From IMG/VR virus record IMGVR_UViG_3300004369_000005, positions 28,121 through 92,120 of that record: DNA of 64,000 nt; one strand, given 5' to 3'. The position numbers and the translations under genes are program-made. Origin of the DNA: a virus. Shown in pieces: positions 36,446-46,090 of this stretch (positions within the stretch are counted from its first letter, which is position 1; each line of letters opens with the position of its first letter). The notes under the pieces are model-generated. The model did not search any database. It saw only the letters and a program-made list of their open reading frames with translations, and had not been told where the DNA came from.

Positions 36446-36592
36446 CCAGATCGGGTGGAGTTCTGTTTTAGCATGTTCTGTCATGTTAACATGCTGCTCC
36501 CACATAATCGCATCCTCTAGATTGTAGAAAATAGCTTGTTGTTTCGCTTGTCCCTTCTTCTTGTTCTTCATCCACACAACTGCGTACTTCAT
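36434..36592 (-). CDS. small hypothetical protein (52 aa; not in ORF track)
   Basis: MKYAVVWMKNKKKGQAKQQAIFYNLEDAIMWEQHV; overlaps the upstream ORF. Confidence 0.55.
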   Translation of the reverse strand: MKYAVVWMKNKKKGQAKQQAIFYNLEDAIMWEQHVNMTEHAKTELHPIWGDS

Positions 36593-36755
36593 GCCAATAA
36601 TCACGATAAACTACAAGATTTGCTTGGTATCTACCATTACGCTTTTGCTTATCTGGTAGATCAATAAAACAGATTGTGATATAATCATCACAAATGAAGT
36701 TCACCCACCCTTTAGTGTGGTGATACTGGACCATCATACCATACTCAAACTTCAT
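36486..36755 (-). CDS. hypothetical protein
   Basis: 89-aa ORF. Confidence 0.6.
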   Translation of the reverse strand: MKFEYGMMVQYHHTKGWVNFICDDYITICFIDLPDKQKRNGRYQANLVVYRDYWHEVRSCVDEEQEEGTSETTSYFLQSRGCDYVGAAC

Positions 36756-36958
36756 CAGTCAATTTCTTCGAATGCCTTACGGTTAGCATTCTTTGGATCA
36801 GGGAGTCTAAACATAGTTTTCAAATCATTGAGATCATTAATTTGTTCTTGCAATTTATCTAATTGATTTTGTAGAATCTGAAAGTTATGATCGTTGTTAT
36901 TTTGTAACATCAACAAGTTTTTTACTGCTGTTTTAAAATCTTCTTCAGTCATTGTCAT
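36755..36958 (-). CDS. hypothetical coiled-coil protein
   Basis: LLMLQNNNDHNFQILQNQLDKLQEQINDL. Confidence 0.65.
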   Translation of the reverse strand: MTMTEEDFKTAVKNLLMLQNNNDHNFQILQNQLDKLQEQINDLNDLKTMFRLPDPKNANRKAFEEID

Positions 36959-36961
36959 TAA

Positions 36962-37264
36962 TTAGGATCTATTAGGTAATTTATCATATTGCCATTTTTC
37001 AGCAAGTTCATCTGCAAAGTCAACCTCACGATTACCCATCATCAAAGATTTTAGCACAGTTGCCTTCTCCATGCCTTTTCTGTGATAATCTATCACATCT
37101 TGGATGCAAGATAGCATCTCTTCATATGCTCGTCTGCTTGATACTTTCTCATCTTGGAGGTAATCATCGATGCAATCTTGCATACGATCTTTGCGCTGCG
37201 TTTCATACTCTTTCTGCCAATAGTTATCGGAAACTTGAATGTCAGGGCGTCCTTCAATAGTCAT
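36962..37264 (-). CDS. hypothetical protein
   Basis: 100-aa ORF. Confidence 0.65.
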   Translation of the reverse strand: MTIEGRPDIQVSDNYWQKEYETQRKDRMQDCIDDYLQDEKVSSRRAYEEMLSCIQDVIDYHRKGMEKATVLKSLMMGNREVDFADELAEKWQYDKLPNRS

Positions 37265-37452
37265 TAGTTGAATTCCTCGTTGCGACGTTTGTCAAGATAA
37301 GCAATAATTTCACCACGCCATTCCATCAACTCATGGTAACATTTCTGCTCGTGAGCGTCCTGACGTAATTGATGATCTGGTTTCAATACACTCTCATAAA
37401 AAATATGAAATGCATCGCGACGTTTTTCGTGCTTTGGTAGATCCCAGTTCAT
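37264..37452 (-). CDS. hypothetical protein
   Basis: 62-aa ORF. Confidence 0.65.
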   Translation of the reverse strand: MNWDLPKHEKRRDAFHIFYESVLKPDHQLRQDAHEQKCYHELMEWRGEIIAYLDKRRNEEFN

Positions 37453-37520
37453 AGTAGTTTAGCGTGGTTCAATGTATTTTAGATGATTGTGTGAGGATAT
37501 CTGTATATACTCACACTTTC

Positions 37521-38648
37521 TTAACTATTGACCCCATCATGCCATTGCTTGAACGACATGCGAGGCCAGATTCCATACTCAACTCCTGCGAGATTCTTAG
37601 AGTTTAACACTTCATATGGGTGAGCGACTGCCTGGGTGTGATACTTTACAAACTGGTAGTCTGGGTTGAATGGCAGTGTCTTAGCATAGTTCCAAAATGG
37701 TGTCTCAAATTGAGACCCATACTGATAATGCCACAAGATGAATGTTTCAAGTTGTTTCATTATAGCGCGGATGCTAGCATCTTGTGCTTCCTTTGACTTT
37801 CCATTAACAATGTGATCCCATGCATGTCCTGCAACATTACGATAAAACGTTGTAGATGTTGCCTCCAATGGTTCTAAGAATGCAAAGCGATTACCATTGA
37901 GAATAGTCCTCTCACCAGAGAACATAGACTTACAAATGTAATTGCGAAACCGCAATACATCATCAATATCACTCTCTATGATATTGAATCTATCAAGAAA
38001 ATCTTCTCTTGCTTCCTCATCAGTTGTGATAGTATTATTATACAGATAACCATATGAAATACTATCATCATTAGGGATGACAAACGTCCACCCATGTGGT
38101 GTGGCAACACATTTTGTGTCACGCAGATCAGGATCAGCACCATCAGCAAATGCAATGATAGCAGAGTTATGTGGATTGATTAATGTATCATAATCATCCC
38201 AGTTGTTGTAGTGTTTACCACGACAATCAAAAATGTAATCAGCATCTATTTCTGATTCAGGATCTTCAATTGCTTTCTCTACCACATTCACATACTGTGA
38301 GTTTCTTACTTTTTCAGATAATTTGTAAGTTTGGAAATGACATGCAATACTATCCATGAAGAACTTGTGATAGATATGCTTTTGCTTCTTTCCCCAGTTT
38401 TCATAAAGAATACCAAGTTTCAAAGTAGCACCAATGTCATTATTCCACCAGTCCATGTTAAGTGACGATGAAATCAATTGTAATACATCTGGTGTGGTGC
38501 TCTGCCCTACCTTTTCAATAGGACAGTTAGGATCATGATACATATCAATCTCAAATTGATTAGTACCATACTTGCCACCATAATAACCAAAGTTCAATGC
38601 TGTAATAGATCCAGCATTACCACTACCAACAATAGCAATCTTCTTCAT
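37521..38648 (-). CDS. flavin-dependent (tryptophan-halogenase-like) halogenase
   Basis: Rossmann IAIVGSGNAG; candidate catalytic K in ATLKLGILYENW; GWTFVIP (WxWxIP-like); FLEPLEATS. Confidence 0.8.
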   Translation of the reverse strand: MKKIAIVGSGNAGSITALNFGYYGGKYGTNQFEIDMYHDPNCPIEKVGQSTTPDVLQLISSSLNMDWWNNDIGATLKLGILYENWGKKQKHIYHKFFMDSIACHFQTYKLSEKVRNSQYVNVVEKAIEDPESEIDADYIFDCRGKHYNNWDDYDTLINPHNSAIIAFADGADPDLRDTKCVATPHGWTFVIPNDDSISYGYLYNNTITTDEEAREDFLDRFNIIESDIDDVLRFRNYICKSMFSGERTILNGNRFAFLEPLEATSTTFYRNVAGHAWDHIVNGKSKEAQDASIRAIMKQLETFILWHYQYGSQFETPFWNYAKTLPFNPDYQFVKYHTQAVAHPYEVLNSKNLAGVEYGIWPRMSFKQWHDGVNS

Positions 38649-39319
38649 TTATATGCTGGTCCCCACGCCCACGCTACAAGTGTACGTCTCTTACCAGATA
38701 GAACATGATCTACCTTGTGATTCATCATCGATGGGAATACAAGAATATCTCCCTTGTTTAATCTAACAGTTTGGTAATCAATCTCCCCTTTACGTAGACA
38801 AGCAAACTGAAAATCTCCTCCTTCGAAGTCTTCACCCTGTTGATCTAACATAATAGTCATCGACAGTTTTCTGCACGTTCTAGGATCTCCTGGTGCCATT
38901 AGATGATCGTTGTGCCAATCATAGTGACCCCCAAAAGTTTCTTCATATACATCAGAAGTAAGATTCTCTGGTTCTTCATACTCACTGTATTGAACTTCTT
39001 CAACACCAGACAGTGCGAATTGCCAATCTGGATCAGACTCATTAGCACTAGCAAACTGCAACTCAACTAATGACAAAAAGAAAGGATCACCCAACCATGA
39101 GATCTTTGACTTTCTGATCTTTTCGTCTATTGATTTGTCATCATTAACTGCTCCTGGTTGCATTACAAGATCCATACCCTTCAGGCGTTCTTCGATCAAT
39201 TCGATAGCATCATCAGGTAATGTAGCAACTTTATATTTTTCAAACTGTTGAAACTGAAAGTCAATTATGTTTTCTCCTTCAGCATCATATAGAACGCTAC
39301 CTTTAGAAGCAACTTCCAT
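38645..39319 (-). CDS. 2OG-Fe(II) oxygenase (prolyl-hydroxylase-like)
   Basis: IRKSKISWL; YDWHND; RKLSMTIML; FEGGDFQF; FPSMMNHKV...GKRRTLVAW. Confidence 0.9.
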   Translation of the reverse strand: MEVASKGSVLYDAEGENIIDFQFQQFEKYKVATLPDDAIELIEERLKGMDLVMQPGAVNDDKSIDEKIRKSKISWLGDPFFLSLVELQFASANESDPDWQFALSGVEEVQYSEYEEPENLTSDVYEETFGGHYDWHNDHLMAPGDPRTCRKLSMTIMLDQQGEDFEGGDFQFACLRKGEIDYQTVRLNKGDILVFPSMMNHKVDHVLSGKRRTLVAWAWGPAYK

Positions 39320-39561
39320 TATTCATCTCCTCCATCATCATCTACTCGATCAACTGATGCAATATCACATACAGGAACTTCATGTTCCCCTCCAATAAGA
39401 TACCATGGCATGATCTGACCGTGGTATTCTGGGTGTGCTTGGTAATCTTCAGGATATACACGATCACCAAGATACTTCACTTCAGTATCTGGAATGTTAT
39501 GCTCTCGCAGCATTGCTTGCAACTGCAAGTGAATTAACTCTGGTGCTGATGGTACTTTCAT
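39319..39561 (-). CDS. hypothetical protein
   Basis: 80-aa ORF coupled to the oxygenase. Confidence 0.7.
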   Translation of the reverse strand: MKVPSAPELIHLQLQAMLREHNIPDTEVKYLGDRVYPEDYQAHPEYHGQIMPWYLIGGEHEVPVCDIASVDRVDDDGGDE

Positions 39562-39593
39562 TTAGATCACATTTCAACATTCGCAGCATAACA

Positions 39594-39968
39594 TCAATTA
39601 GGTGGTGCTGTCAACCCCGTGGTATTTGCGTTCCACCATGTGAAGTCACCGTTTTCATCCATGACATAACAGCGCCAGTAATAGTCTGGATCAGGACAAT
39701 TTTCTTCTGATGGGAACCATGCTGCTGCTTCTTCTGCTGCTAGATCAGATGATGCTACCTCAATAATATCCCATTGACCTGTTGCTTTCATCATGTCAAG
39801 GACATTATCATCAGTAAACTCTTCATACCAAGCAAAGATATCTGCCTTCTTATCTTCAGGAATTGGAGTCAGTCTGTAAAAATAAATCAACGATGTCTTT
39901 TTAGTTTTACAATAGAACTCCATTAAGTCGGCATAGTTAATCCAATCATTCATTTGTATCAGCCTCAA
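39594..39968 (-). CDS. hypothetical protein
   Basis: 124-aa ORF overlapping the end of the chaperone gene. Confidence 0.7.
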   Translation of the reverse strand: MRLIQMNDWINYADLMEFYCKTKKTSLIYFYRLTPIPEDKKADIFAWYEEFTDDNVLDMMKATGQWDIIEVASSDLAAEEAAAWFPSEENCPDPDYYWRCYVMDENGDFTWWNANTTGLTAPPN

Positions 39969-40818
39969 TCATTTGCAATAGATTTCTCAAATATGCTTCT
40001 GCCTCTTGCTTGCTGGCAGTAGCAATTGGTGTGACTTCATCCCAAACTGCACCAGATTCTTTAAGTGCATCCATAAAAGTATTAATATATACACCTTCAC
40101 TGAGATTTCTAACAATCAAATAAGATGAGAACTTCTCAGTAAATGTAGCAAGATAATGACTTGCTAATGGCACAAATTGATCTGCTGAGTCTAGGTATCC
40201 AATGTTTGGATCTTTCTCCAACCAGATTTTCTTATAGTAATTGGGACTAATTGGAAACTTAACATCACCCGCCTCACCAGTTGGTACAGACACAGGGATG
40301 TCTCTTAGTTTCTGTCTGTATAATCTATACAATGCTTTCTCCTCATCACTAACAGGAGAATCTTCAATGAAAACATAATCTGTTTCAGCAAGAAGGAAAT
40401 TACGTGCAAGTCTAACTGTCAACCAGTTGACTTGTGTAGTCATTGCTCTGATCTTAGCAAACTCATTATCATACTGAATATTTTCTAATGACTCAATTAG
40501 AAAAAACGTTTCTTTTAACTTTTGATAGACCGCTTTGCCTTCAGCAATACGATCTACCTCCAACATAGTAAATTCATAATCTTTCCAGAAGTATTCTCCT
40601 GTCTTATGATCCTTTCTATACTTACGTCTTTGGCACATGTAAGTATCATTAGAATACCAGACAAAGTATACTAACTTGTCTCTATCAGAATCCCATGTAG
40701 GATATAGCATAGGTGCAATTTCATCATTATAATATCCATCGGGGACAACCTTAGTCACATTGTTATATGTGATTGTCCTTGCGACAGCATCTAATTGCAA
40801 AATAGTTTGTTGAGCCAT
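39946..40818 (-). CDS. tail fibre assembly chaperone
   Basis: VRLARNFLLAETDY...YRLYRQKLRDIP...FP, the motif of phage tail assembly chaperones; follows fibre genes. Confidence 0.75.
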   Translation of the reverse strand: MAQQTILQLDAVARTITYNNVTKVVPDGYYNDEIAPMLYPTWDSDRDKLVYFVWYSNDTYMCQRRKYRKDHKTGEYFWKDYEFTMLEVDRIAEGKAVYQKLKETFFLIESLENIQYDNEFAKIRAMTTQVNWLTVRLARNFLLAETDYVFIEDSPVSDEEKALYRLYRQKLRDIPVSVPTGEAGDVKFPISPNYYKKIWLEKDPNIGYLDSADQFVPLASHYLATFTEKFSSYLIVRNLSEGVYINTFMDALKESGAVWDEVTPIATASKQEAEAYLRNLLQMIEADTNE

Positions 40819-40845
40819 GTCCTCACAGAGTTATTTCCTCAAGTA

Positions 40846-40852
40846 TATTTAG
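40846..40852 (-). promoter_or_regulatory. late promoter (CTAAATA)
   Basis: TATTTAG on the + strand overlapping the fibre gene stop, 28 nt before the chaperone ATG. Confidence 0.55.
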
Positions 40853-43800
40853 AATGCTTTGATAAGATACTTGACAGCATGATATGGTTCAATTACAGGA
40901 ACAGGCCAATCAGGATCTAGTGATGCCTCAGGTAGAATAGGATTAGTTGACTGCAATGTGAATCTTGCATCCAATCCAAGCAATCCAGCAGGATAAATTG
41001 ATCGTGGATCCCCTTTGACAACATATGTCAGTTCATCAGCAGATGTAGGAATTGCACCAGATGCAGCTTTAAATTTCAATTCAGTAACTTCTTGGTATTC
41101 ATAGATGAAATCACAGATACCGTAATGATCTGCGTCAGTGCTACTCTCTGCTAGGTTGGGGTTTCTGTCTTGTGATAGTTTAATTCTCACATTAGGAACT
41201 CTAGCACCCTCAGGTAGATTTACTTCATACCAATACCATTGAGTATCACCACTACCACCATCAATTTCTTGGCTAATATCATTAAAAGGAACGATAACAT
41301 CAATAGCAGTCCATGCACTCAGCGACAAATCAGTATTGTAATATACTTTCAGTTCATCGCCACCATTCTCTGGTTGTTCTCCACCATTAACACCGTTACC
41401 TCTACATGCTTTGACAATAAACTTGGTAACGTTAGTGCAATCCATCTCTGATAGGACAACAAATCTTTCAGTATTGTTTCCTTTAAATTTCACATAATGA
41501 GTATATGCTGCTGGTGTAATTAATGTAGACAAATTAAGTCCATCAACTTCTCCAGCAGCGTTAACAGTTGCTGTTGCATATGCTTTAGTACCTGCACCAT
41601 GTTTAATCCTGACTCTTGGTGCATCACCATATCCAGCACCACCATTTGTCAATGTAATACCATTTACTTTACCATTAGCAAGACTGACAGTTGCTGCAGC
41701 ACCATCACCGCCACCACCACCAGCGACAAATTCTACTTCAGGAACTTGTGTTGTTGGTAACTTAAATCCACCTGCTGTACCAATACCAGTTCCACTAGTA
41801 TATACATCAACATCTTCAGAACCAGCAATGAGTAGAGGATCCTCAATCAAAGTAGTTTCTCCACCAACCCAACCAACAACTTCACCAAAACCAACAGTAA
41901 CAAAACCACCACCACCATCACTAGTTCCACTGACACCAGATCCTTTACTGCCAACTTCAATAGCAATAGAAGTTGCAGATGTAATTTGATCTCTATCAAC
42001 TAGAACTGTTGCAAATCCACCAGCACCACCACCGCCGCCACCACCAGTCCAGTAGCTACGATCTTCTCCCCAAGTCCATGAAATATATCCATCCCCAGTA
42101 TTGCTATCAGTGTGTCCGTTATTAGTAAATACGCTAGTTTTATATGAGGTCATTCCACGACCACCACCATATCCACCACCGTGACCTGCAGCTCCACCGC
42201 CTCCGCCGCCATATCCACCACCAGAGATAGTATAAGATGACGTAGCGATACCACCACCGCCGCCACCGCCACCGCCGCCGTTACATCCAGCGTTACCACC
42301 TCTTCTACCAGCGCCAGCAAATAGGTTTCCAGTTGTTGCTAGAGGAGTGTTAGAAGACCATCCAGGTGTGTTGTTTGGTTGACCTGGGTCACCACAATCA
42401 AGATATCCAGGGTCATATCCACCAGCACCACCGCCTCCACCAGCACCAGCAATAATAGATCCAGCACTATTTTTAATAGCAGAGGCACCACCACCTCCAC
42501 CACCCCACGTTCCGCCACCATTGGGACTACCAGACTGTGCTCCATTTGCTGAATATCCACCAGCACCACCATTAACGTTTACACCTTTAACTCCACATGC
42601 ATAACTTCCAGTGAATCCATTGGTAGGAGAGTTAACTCCAAGAACAAGAACAGATCCAGCGCCACCTTGTGTGCCACAAGGAGAAGAGTTTCCTCCTCTA
42701 GCACCAGCAATGGTAATTTCAATGTATGTAATAGTGTAAGAACTAGTAATATTGATATTTCCAGATCCAGTTTGCGTTCCGCTGCTAAAGTTATAACCAG
42801 TATCACTTACATAATTATTCTTACCATCAGATCCATCGTTAGTTGCAGTTGTTCCTGTATTATCTCCACCTTCTCCACCTGTTTGTGGATCATTTGGTTG
42901 ATCTTTGATATATTTTATACTACCACTTCCAGATCCACCAGCAGTAGATTTATTAGCTAGAACTGATACCAATGTAGAAGCACTACCAGTAATACTTACA
43001 GTTCCACCAGCACCGCCAGCTTGAGTTCCACTTCCAGAATAACCTCTTTCCCCACCACCACATGTAATTACAAGTTCAGATCCAACGCTTACAGAACTAC
43101 CAGTTCCAGAGTTACCATTTGTAGTACCATTAGCACCAGATCCACCACCACCAGCAACGGTCACAATCATTTTTTCCCAAGTTGCTGGAAGTGCTAGATT
43201 AGTAGTCTGTGGTGACGTATACGAATACAATAGATTGTATTCAATCAGTGGTTCTCCACCAATGAATCCTGTTCTACCACCAATCTTGGAATTCTCATCC
43301 ATGGTTTTGAATGTAGTAACAGGAATAGACGTTATCAATTCATATGTTCCTGCAGCAGAAGATCCAGAAGCATAATAATACTCTTGTCCGTCAGCTTCAT
43401 ATTTGATACTACCACTAGTTAAGTTTGCACCAGGAACATAGTCGAAGATATCAAATGTAGCAACTGTATTGTCTGGCAATGGCTGCTTTAATAAGCAGTG
43501 ACTGTGTTCGAAAGAAACTCCACCAACAGGGAAGAACTGAGATAGTGCTCCCGTCGCTGCCTTATATTCAGCAAGGTATCTATCACCACTATATGATGCC
43601 ATAGCTTCAATCACGTTTCCAGGAACAGTGTGATAAGCAAAGTGAGAGTGTTCTGGTACGCCAGGTATACGCTTTTCTTTAAGACTAACTTTAATCTCTT
43701 GCTGTCCCGAAACAGTTGTACTCGTAGTGTCTGTTACGTTTGTATATCCAACCGTAGTCAAACTACCAAGAGAGAACAATCCTTTCTGAACGTCTTTAGT

Positions 43801-44670
43801 AAGTAACCACACACCACCAAGTGAATCATATCCTAACGATTCACTAATTAATCCAATAGTAGGAGTGTTAGCACCATAAACAGGACCATATCCAACAATT
43901 TTTCTTGCCTTTAAATCAGGAACAGCAAATGTACCTAGATTGCCAGCACCCATCAACTGAAAGACATTATCAGGTGTGACATCAGCTAGTGATCCATTAC
44001 TATCAAACAACATAGAAATGCTTAATGTACCAGATGCGATACTAATCTGAGTTCCTTGAGCGTCAGTAAGATAGTAATTTGGTTGAGCTAATGGATTATA
44101 ACCAGATCCTGGGTTGATGATCTTAATATCAATAATAGAAAATGTGCCATCACCATTGTCCTGTGTTACTGGATTAATGGAGATTGGTGTACCACCATCT
44201 AATGGATTTGCTGGATCATAATTTGGTGGATTATCAATGTATAATAGTGTATTATCACCAGTTCCATTATATGTTGGACTAGAAATTAACTGAGCGCCTT
44301 GTCTAGCAATACCACCATATTCATTACCGATTGCTTGGAAAAGCAATGGATAATCTTCAATGTAATATAATCCTCCATCACAATAAAGATATCCTTTATA
44401 CTGATACTCTGGATGAGTATCAATTTTTGCAGCACTCTCATTGTAGATATCTCTATATGGTGCTAGACTACCACCGTCAGGTGAAGTTGCAGCGGGATTT
44501 GGTTGATATTTCAAGTCATAAGAAGATTGATAGTTAGGATCGTTATCCTGAACTTTCAATGTAGTGATAATCGATCCAATCTCTGTGGTATCATAGAACT
44601 TATCAGAGTAATAATTTGCTCTGGGATTTCTATATTCAGGATTTAAGTTGATGGTATTTTGTGCTGGCAT
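40849..44670 (-). CDS. tail fibre protein with tail-collar domain, glycine-rich region and reelin-like domain
   Basis: Collar GYLYCDG...YPLLFQAIGNEYGG...FAVPDL; many GGGG motifs; C-terminal PYHAVKYLIKAF. Confidence 0.8.
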   Translation of the reverse strand: MPAQNTINLNPEYRNPRANYYSDKFYDTTEIGSIITTLKVQDNDPNYQSSYDLKYQPNPAATSPDGGSLAPYRDIYNESAAKIDTHPEYQYKGYLYCDGGLYYIEDYPLLFQAIGNEYGGIARQGAQLISSPTYNGTGDNTLLYIDNPPNYDPANPLDGGTPISINPVTQDNGDGTFSIIDIKIINPGSGYNPLAQPNYYLTDAQGTQISIASGTLSISMLFDSNGSLADVTPDNVFQLMGAGNLGTFAVPDLKARKIVGYGPVYGANTPTIGLISESLGYDSLGGVWLLTKDVQKGLFSLGSLTTVGYTNVTDTTSTTVSGQQEIKVSLKEKRIPGVPEHSHFAYHTVPGNVIEAMASYSGDRYLAEYKAATGALSQFFPVGGVSFEHSHCLLKQPLPDNTVATFDIFDYVPGANLTSGSIKYEADGQEYYYASGSSAAGTYELITSIPVTTFKTMDENSKIGGRTGFIGGEPLIEYNLLYSYTSPQTTNLALPATWEKMIVTVAGGGGSGANGTTNGNSGTGSSVSVGSELVITCGGGERGYSGSGTQAGGAGGTVSITGSASTLVSVLANKSTAGGSGSGSIKYIKDQPNDPQTGGEGGDNTGTTATNDGSDGKNNYVSDTGYNFSSGTQTGSGNINITSSYTITYIEITIAGARGGNSSPCGTQGGAGSVLVLGVNSPTNGFTGSYACGVKGVNVNGGAGGYSANGAQSGSPNGGGTWGGGGGGASAIKNSAGSIIAGAGGGGGAGGYDPGYLDCGDPGQPNNTPGWSSNTPLATTGNLFAGAGRRGGNAGCNGGGGGGGGGGIATSSYTISGGGYGGGGGGAAGHGGGYGGGRGMTSYKTSVFTNNGHTDSNTGDGYISWTWGEDRSYWTGGGGGGGAGGFATVLVDRDQITSATSIAIEVGSKGSGVSGTSDGGGGFVTVGFGEVVGWVGGETTLIEDPLLIAGSEDVDVYTSGTGIGTAGGFKLPTTQVPEVEFVAGGGGGDGAAATVSLANGKVNGITLTNGGAGYGDAPRVRIKHGAGTKAYATATVNAAGEVDGLNLSTLITPAAYTHYVKFKGNNTERFVVLSEMDCTNVTKFIVKACRGNGVNGGEQPENGGDELKVYYNTDLSLSAWTAIDVIVPFNDISQEIDGGSGDTQWYWYEVNLPEGARVPNVRIKLSQDRNPNLAESSTDADHYGICDFIYEYQEVTELKFKAASGAIPTSADELTYVVKGDPRSIYPAGLLGLDARFTLQSTNPILPEASLDPDWPVPVIEPYHAVKYLIKAF

Positions 44671-44674
44671 GACT

Positions 44675-46090
44675 TTAAATCTTAATGAGATATTCCATTA
44701 CAATAAATGGCATCGTAATTTGATCTAACGATGCTGCATCATCTACACTCAATCTAAGTGTAGTTTCTAAATTTTCTGGAGATAGTTCCAGTGCATCGGT
44801 AACCAAAGTAAAATTATGAGTACCTGCTTCAAAATTAATTTTATGAAAGTGACTGGTTGATCCCTTATTAAGAGCTGTAGTTTCAGTCAATTCATTAAAC
44901 AGTGAAGCATTGATTGTACTATCAGATACATTAAAGTTACTATTTAATGGAAGAACATCATGCAAATATGAATTCTTCCAGTCTAGTGGAACACCACTAG
45001 TACCTTCTTTATAGTATCCAGTAACATCCTCATTAGAATTAATATCACCACTCTGATCTGGAATACAAGTGCTGCCGCCAGCAACACCACCAAGAGGGTT
45101 TGTACCTGATTGGAATGAAGGTTGAATGCTACCATTCAATCTACATCCTCCCGAGGAAACTGGGAAATTATTCCAGTCTTGATTCAATAGACAATAATAC
45201 TTCCATGTTTCTTCCAACGTGTCACCATCGTTGTAACATGCTCCACTATATGCTGTTGGGTCAAAACTACCAGAGAAAGCACCAATTAGATATTGATATC
45301 CTCTTGCTAACTTATTGGATGCCATTGCAACGCAAGGTGGTTGATTACTACCAGGATAGTTACAACCAGATGCTTTAGTATTATCCATCCACGTCTGAAT
45401 GGGAACTGTACTTGCATTCCAATATGCGACTAGTCCAATAGGAAATGGTGCCAAGTAACCATCTGGATCAGCTGGTTCAACCTCAGTTCCAATAGATTTT
45501 AGTCTAGATCTTCTCCAAGTACCAAAATGCATGTGACCGTGGATACCTTGAGCGTCCACTTCTTCACTATCAGTAATTTTTGAATTGTCTGTTGCAACAG
45601 ACCATCCAGGTTTTCCCTTCATCAAAATTTCCTGTGATGGCACAAGAAATGAACCACTGTATGTTAATAGAATTTCAGTACCTAGTGTTGCTGACGCCTC
45701 AACACCAACACCACTCTTTGAAATTTCATCACCATTTTGAGTAATAACTCTAATACCACGATATACACCAGCATCAGCACCAGGGGTAGGTCGTGGATAC
45801 TTAGATCCAAGATCAGGAACAACGAACTGTTCGTCCGTTAAAAACTGCATTGGATCGCCTTGTGTATCTCTCCTAACAAATTTACCAGTTAATCCTCTAC
45901 CACAAACTGATGCTAAAGCAGGAAAATCAGAGGCATTATAAACTGTGCCATCACAACGAAGATATCCTGAGGGGAGCATTTCTTTGTTGGAAGCGGCATT
46001 GAGATCATTGTTAATCTCCATGGGCCAAATAATTATTTGACCCGTTAGATTACCATATTTTGCTTTTTCTTTTGAATATACAGCAGGCAT
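44675..46090 (-). CDS. tail-collar (short tail fibre-like) protein
   Basis: LPSGYLRCDGTVYNASDFPALASV...FVVPDLGSK; HGHMH; C-terminal PFIVMEYLIKI. Confidence 0.8.
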   Translation of the reverse strand: MPAVYSKEKAKYGNLTGQIIIWPMEINNDLNAASNKEMLPSGYLRCDGTVYNASDFPALASVCGRGLTGKFVRRDTQGDPMQFLTDEQFVVPDLGSKYPRPTPGADAGVYRGIRVITQNGDEISKSGVGVEASATLGTEILLTYSGSFLVPSQEILMKGKPGWSVATDNSKITDSEEVDAQGIHGHMHFGTWRRSRLKSIGTEVEPADPDGYLAPFPIGLVAYWNASTVPIQTWMDNTKASGCNYPGSNQPPCVAMASNKLARGYQYLIGAFSGSFDPTAYSGACYNDGDTLEETWKYYCLLNQDWNNFPVSSGGCRLNGSIQPSFQSGTNPLGGVAGGSTCIPDQSGDINSNEDVTGYYKEGTSGVPLDWKNSYLHDVLPLNSNFNVSDSTINASLFNELTETTALNKGSTSHFHKINFEAGTHNFTLVTDALELSPENLETTLRLSVDDAASLDQITMPFIVMEYLIKI

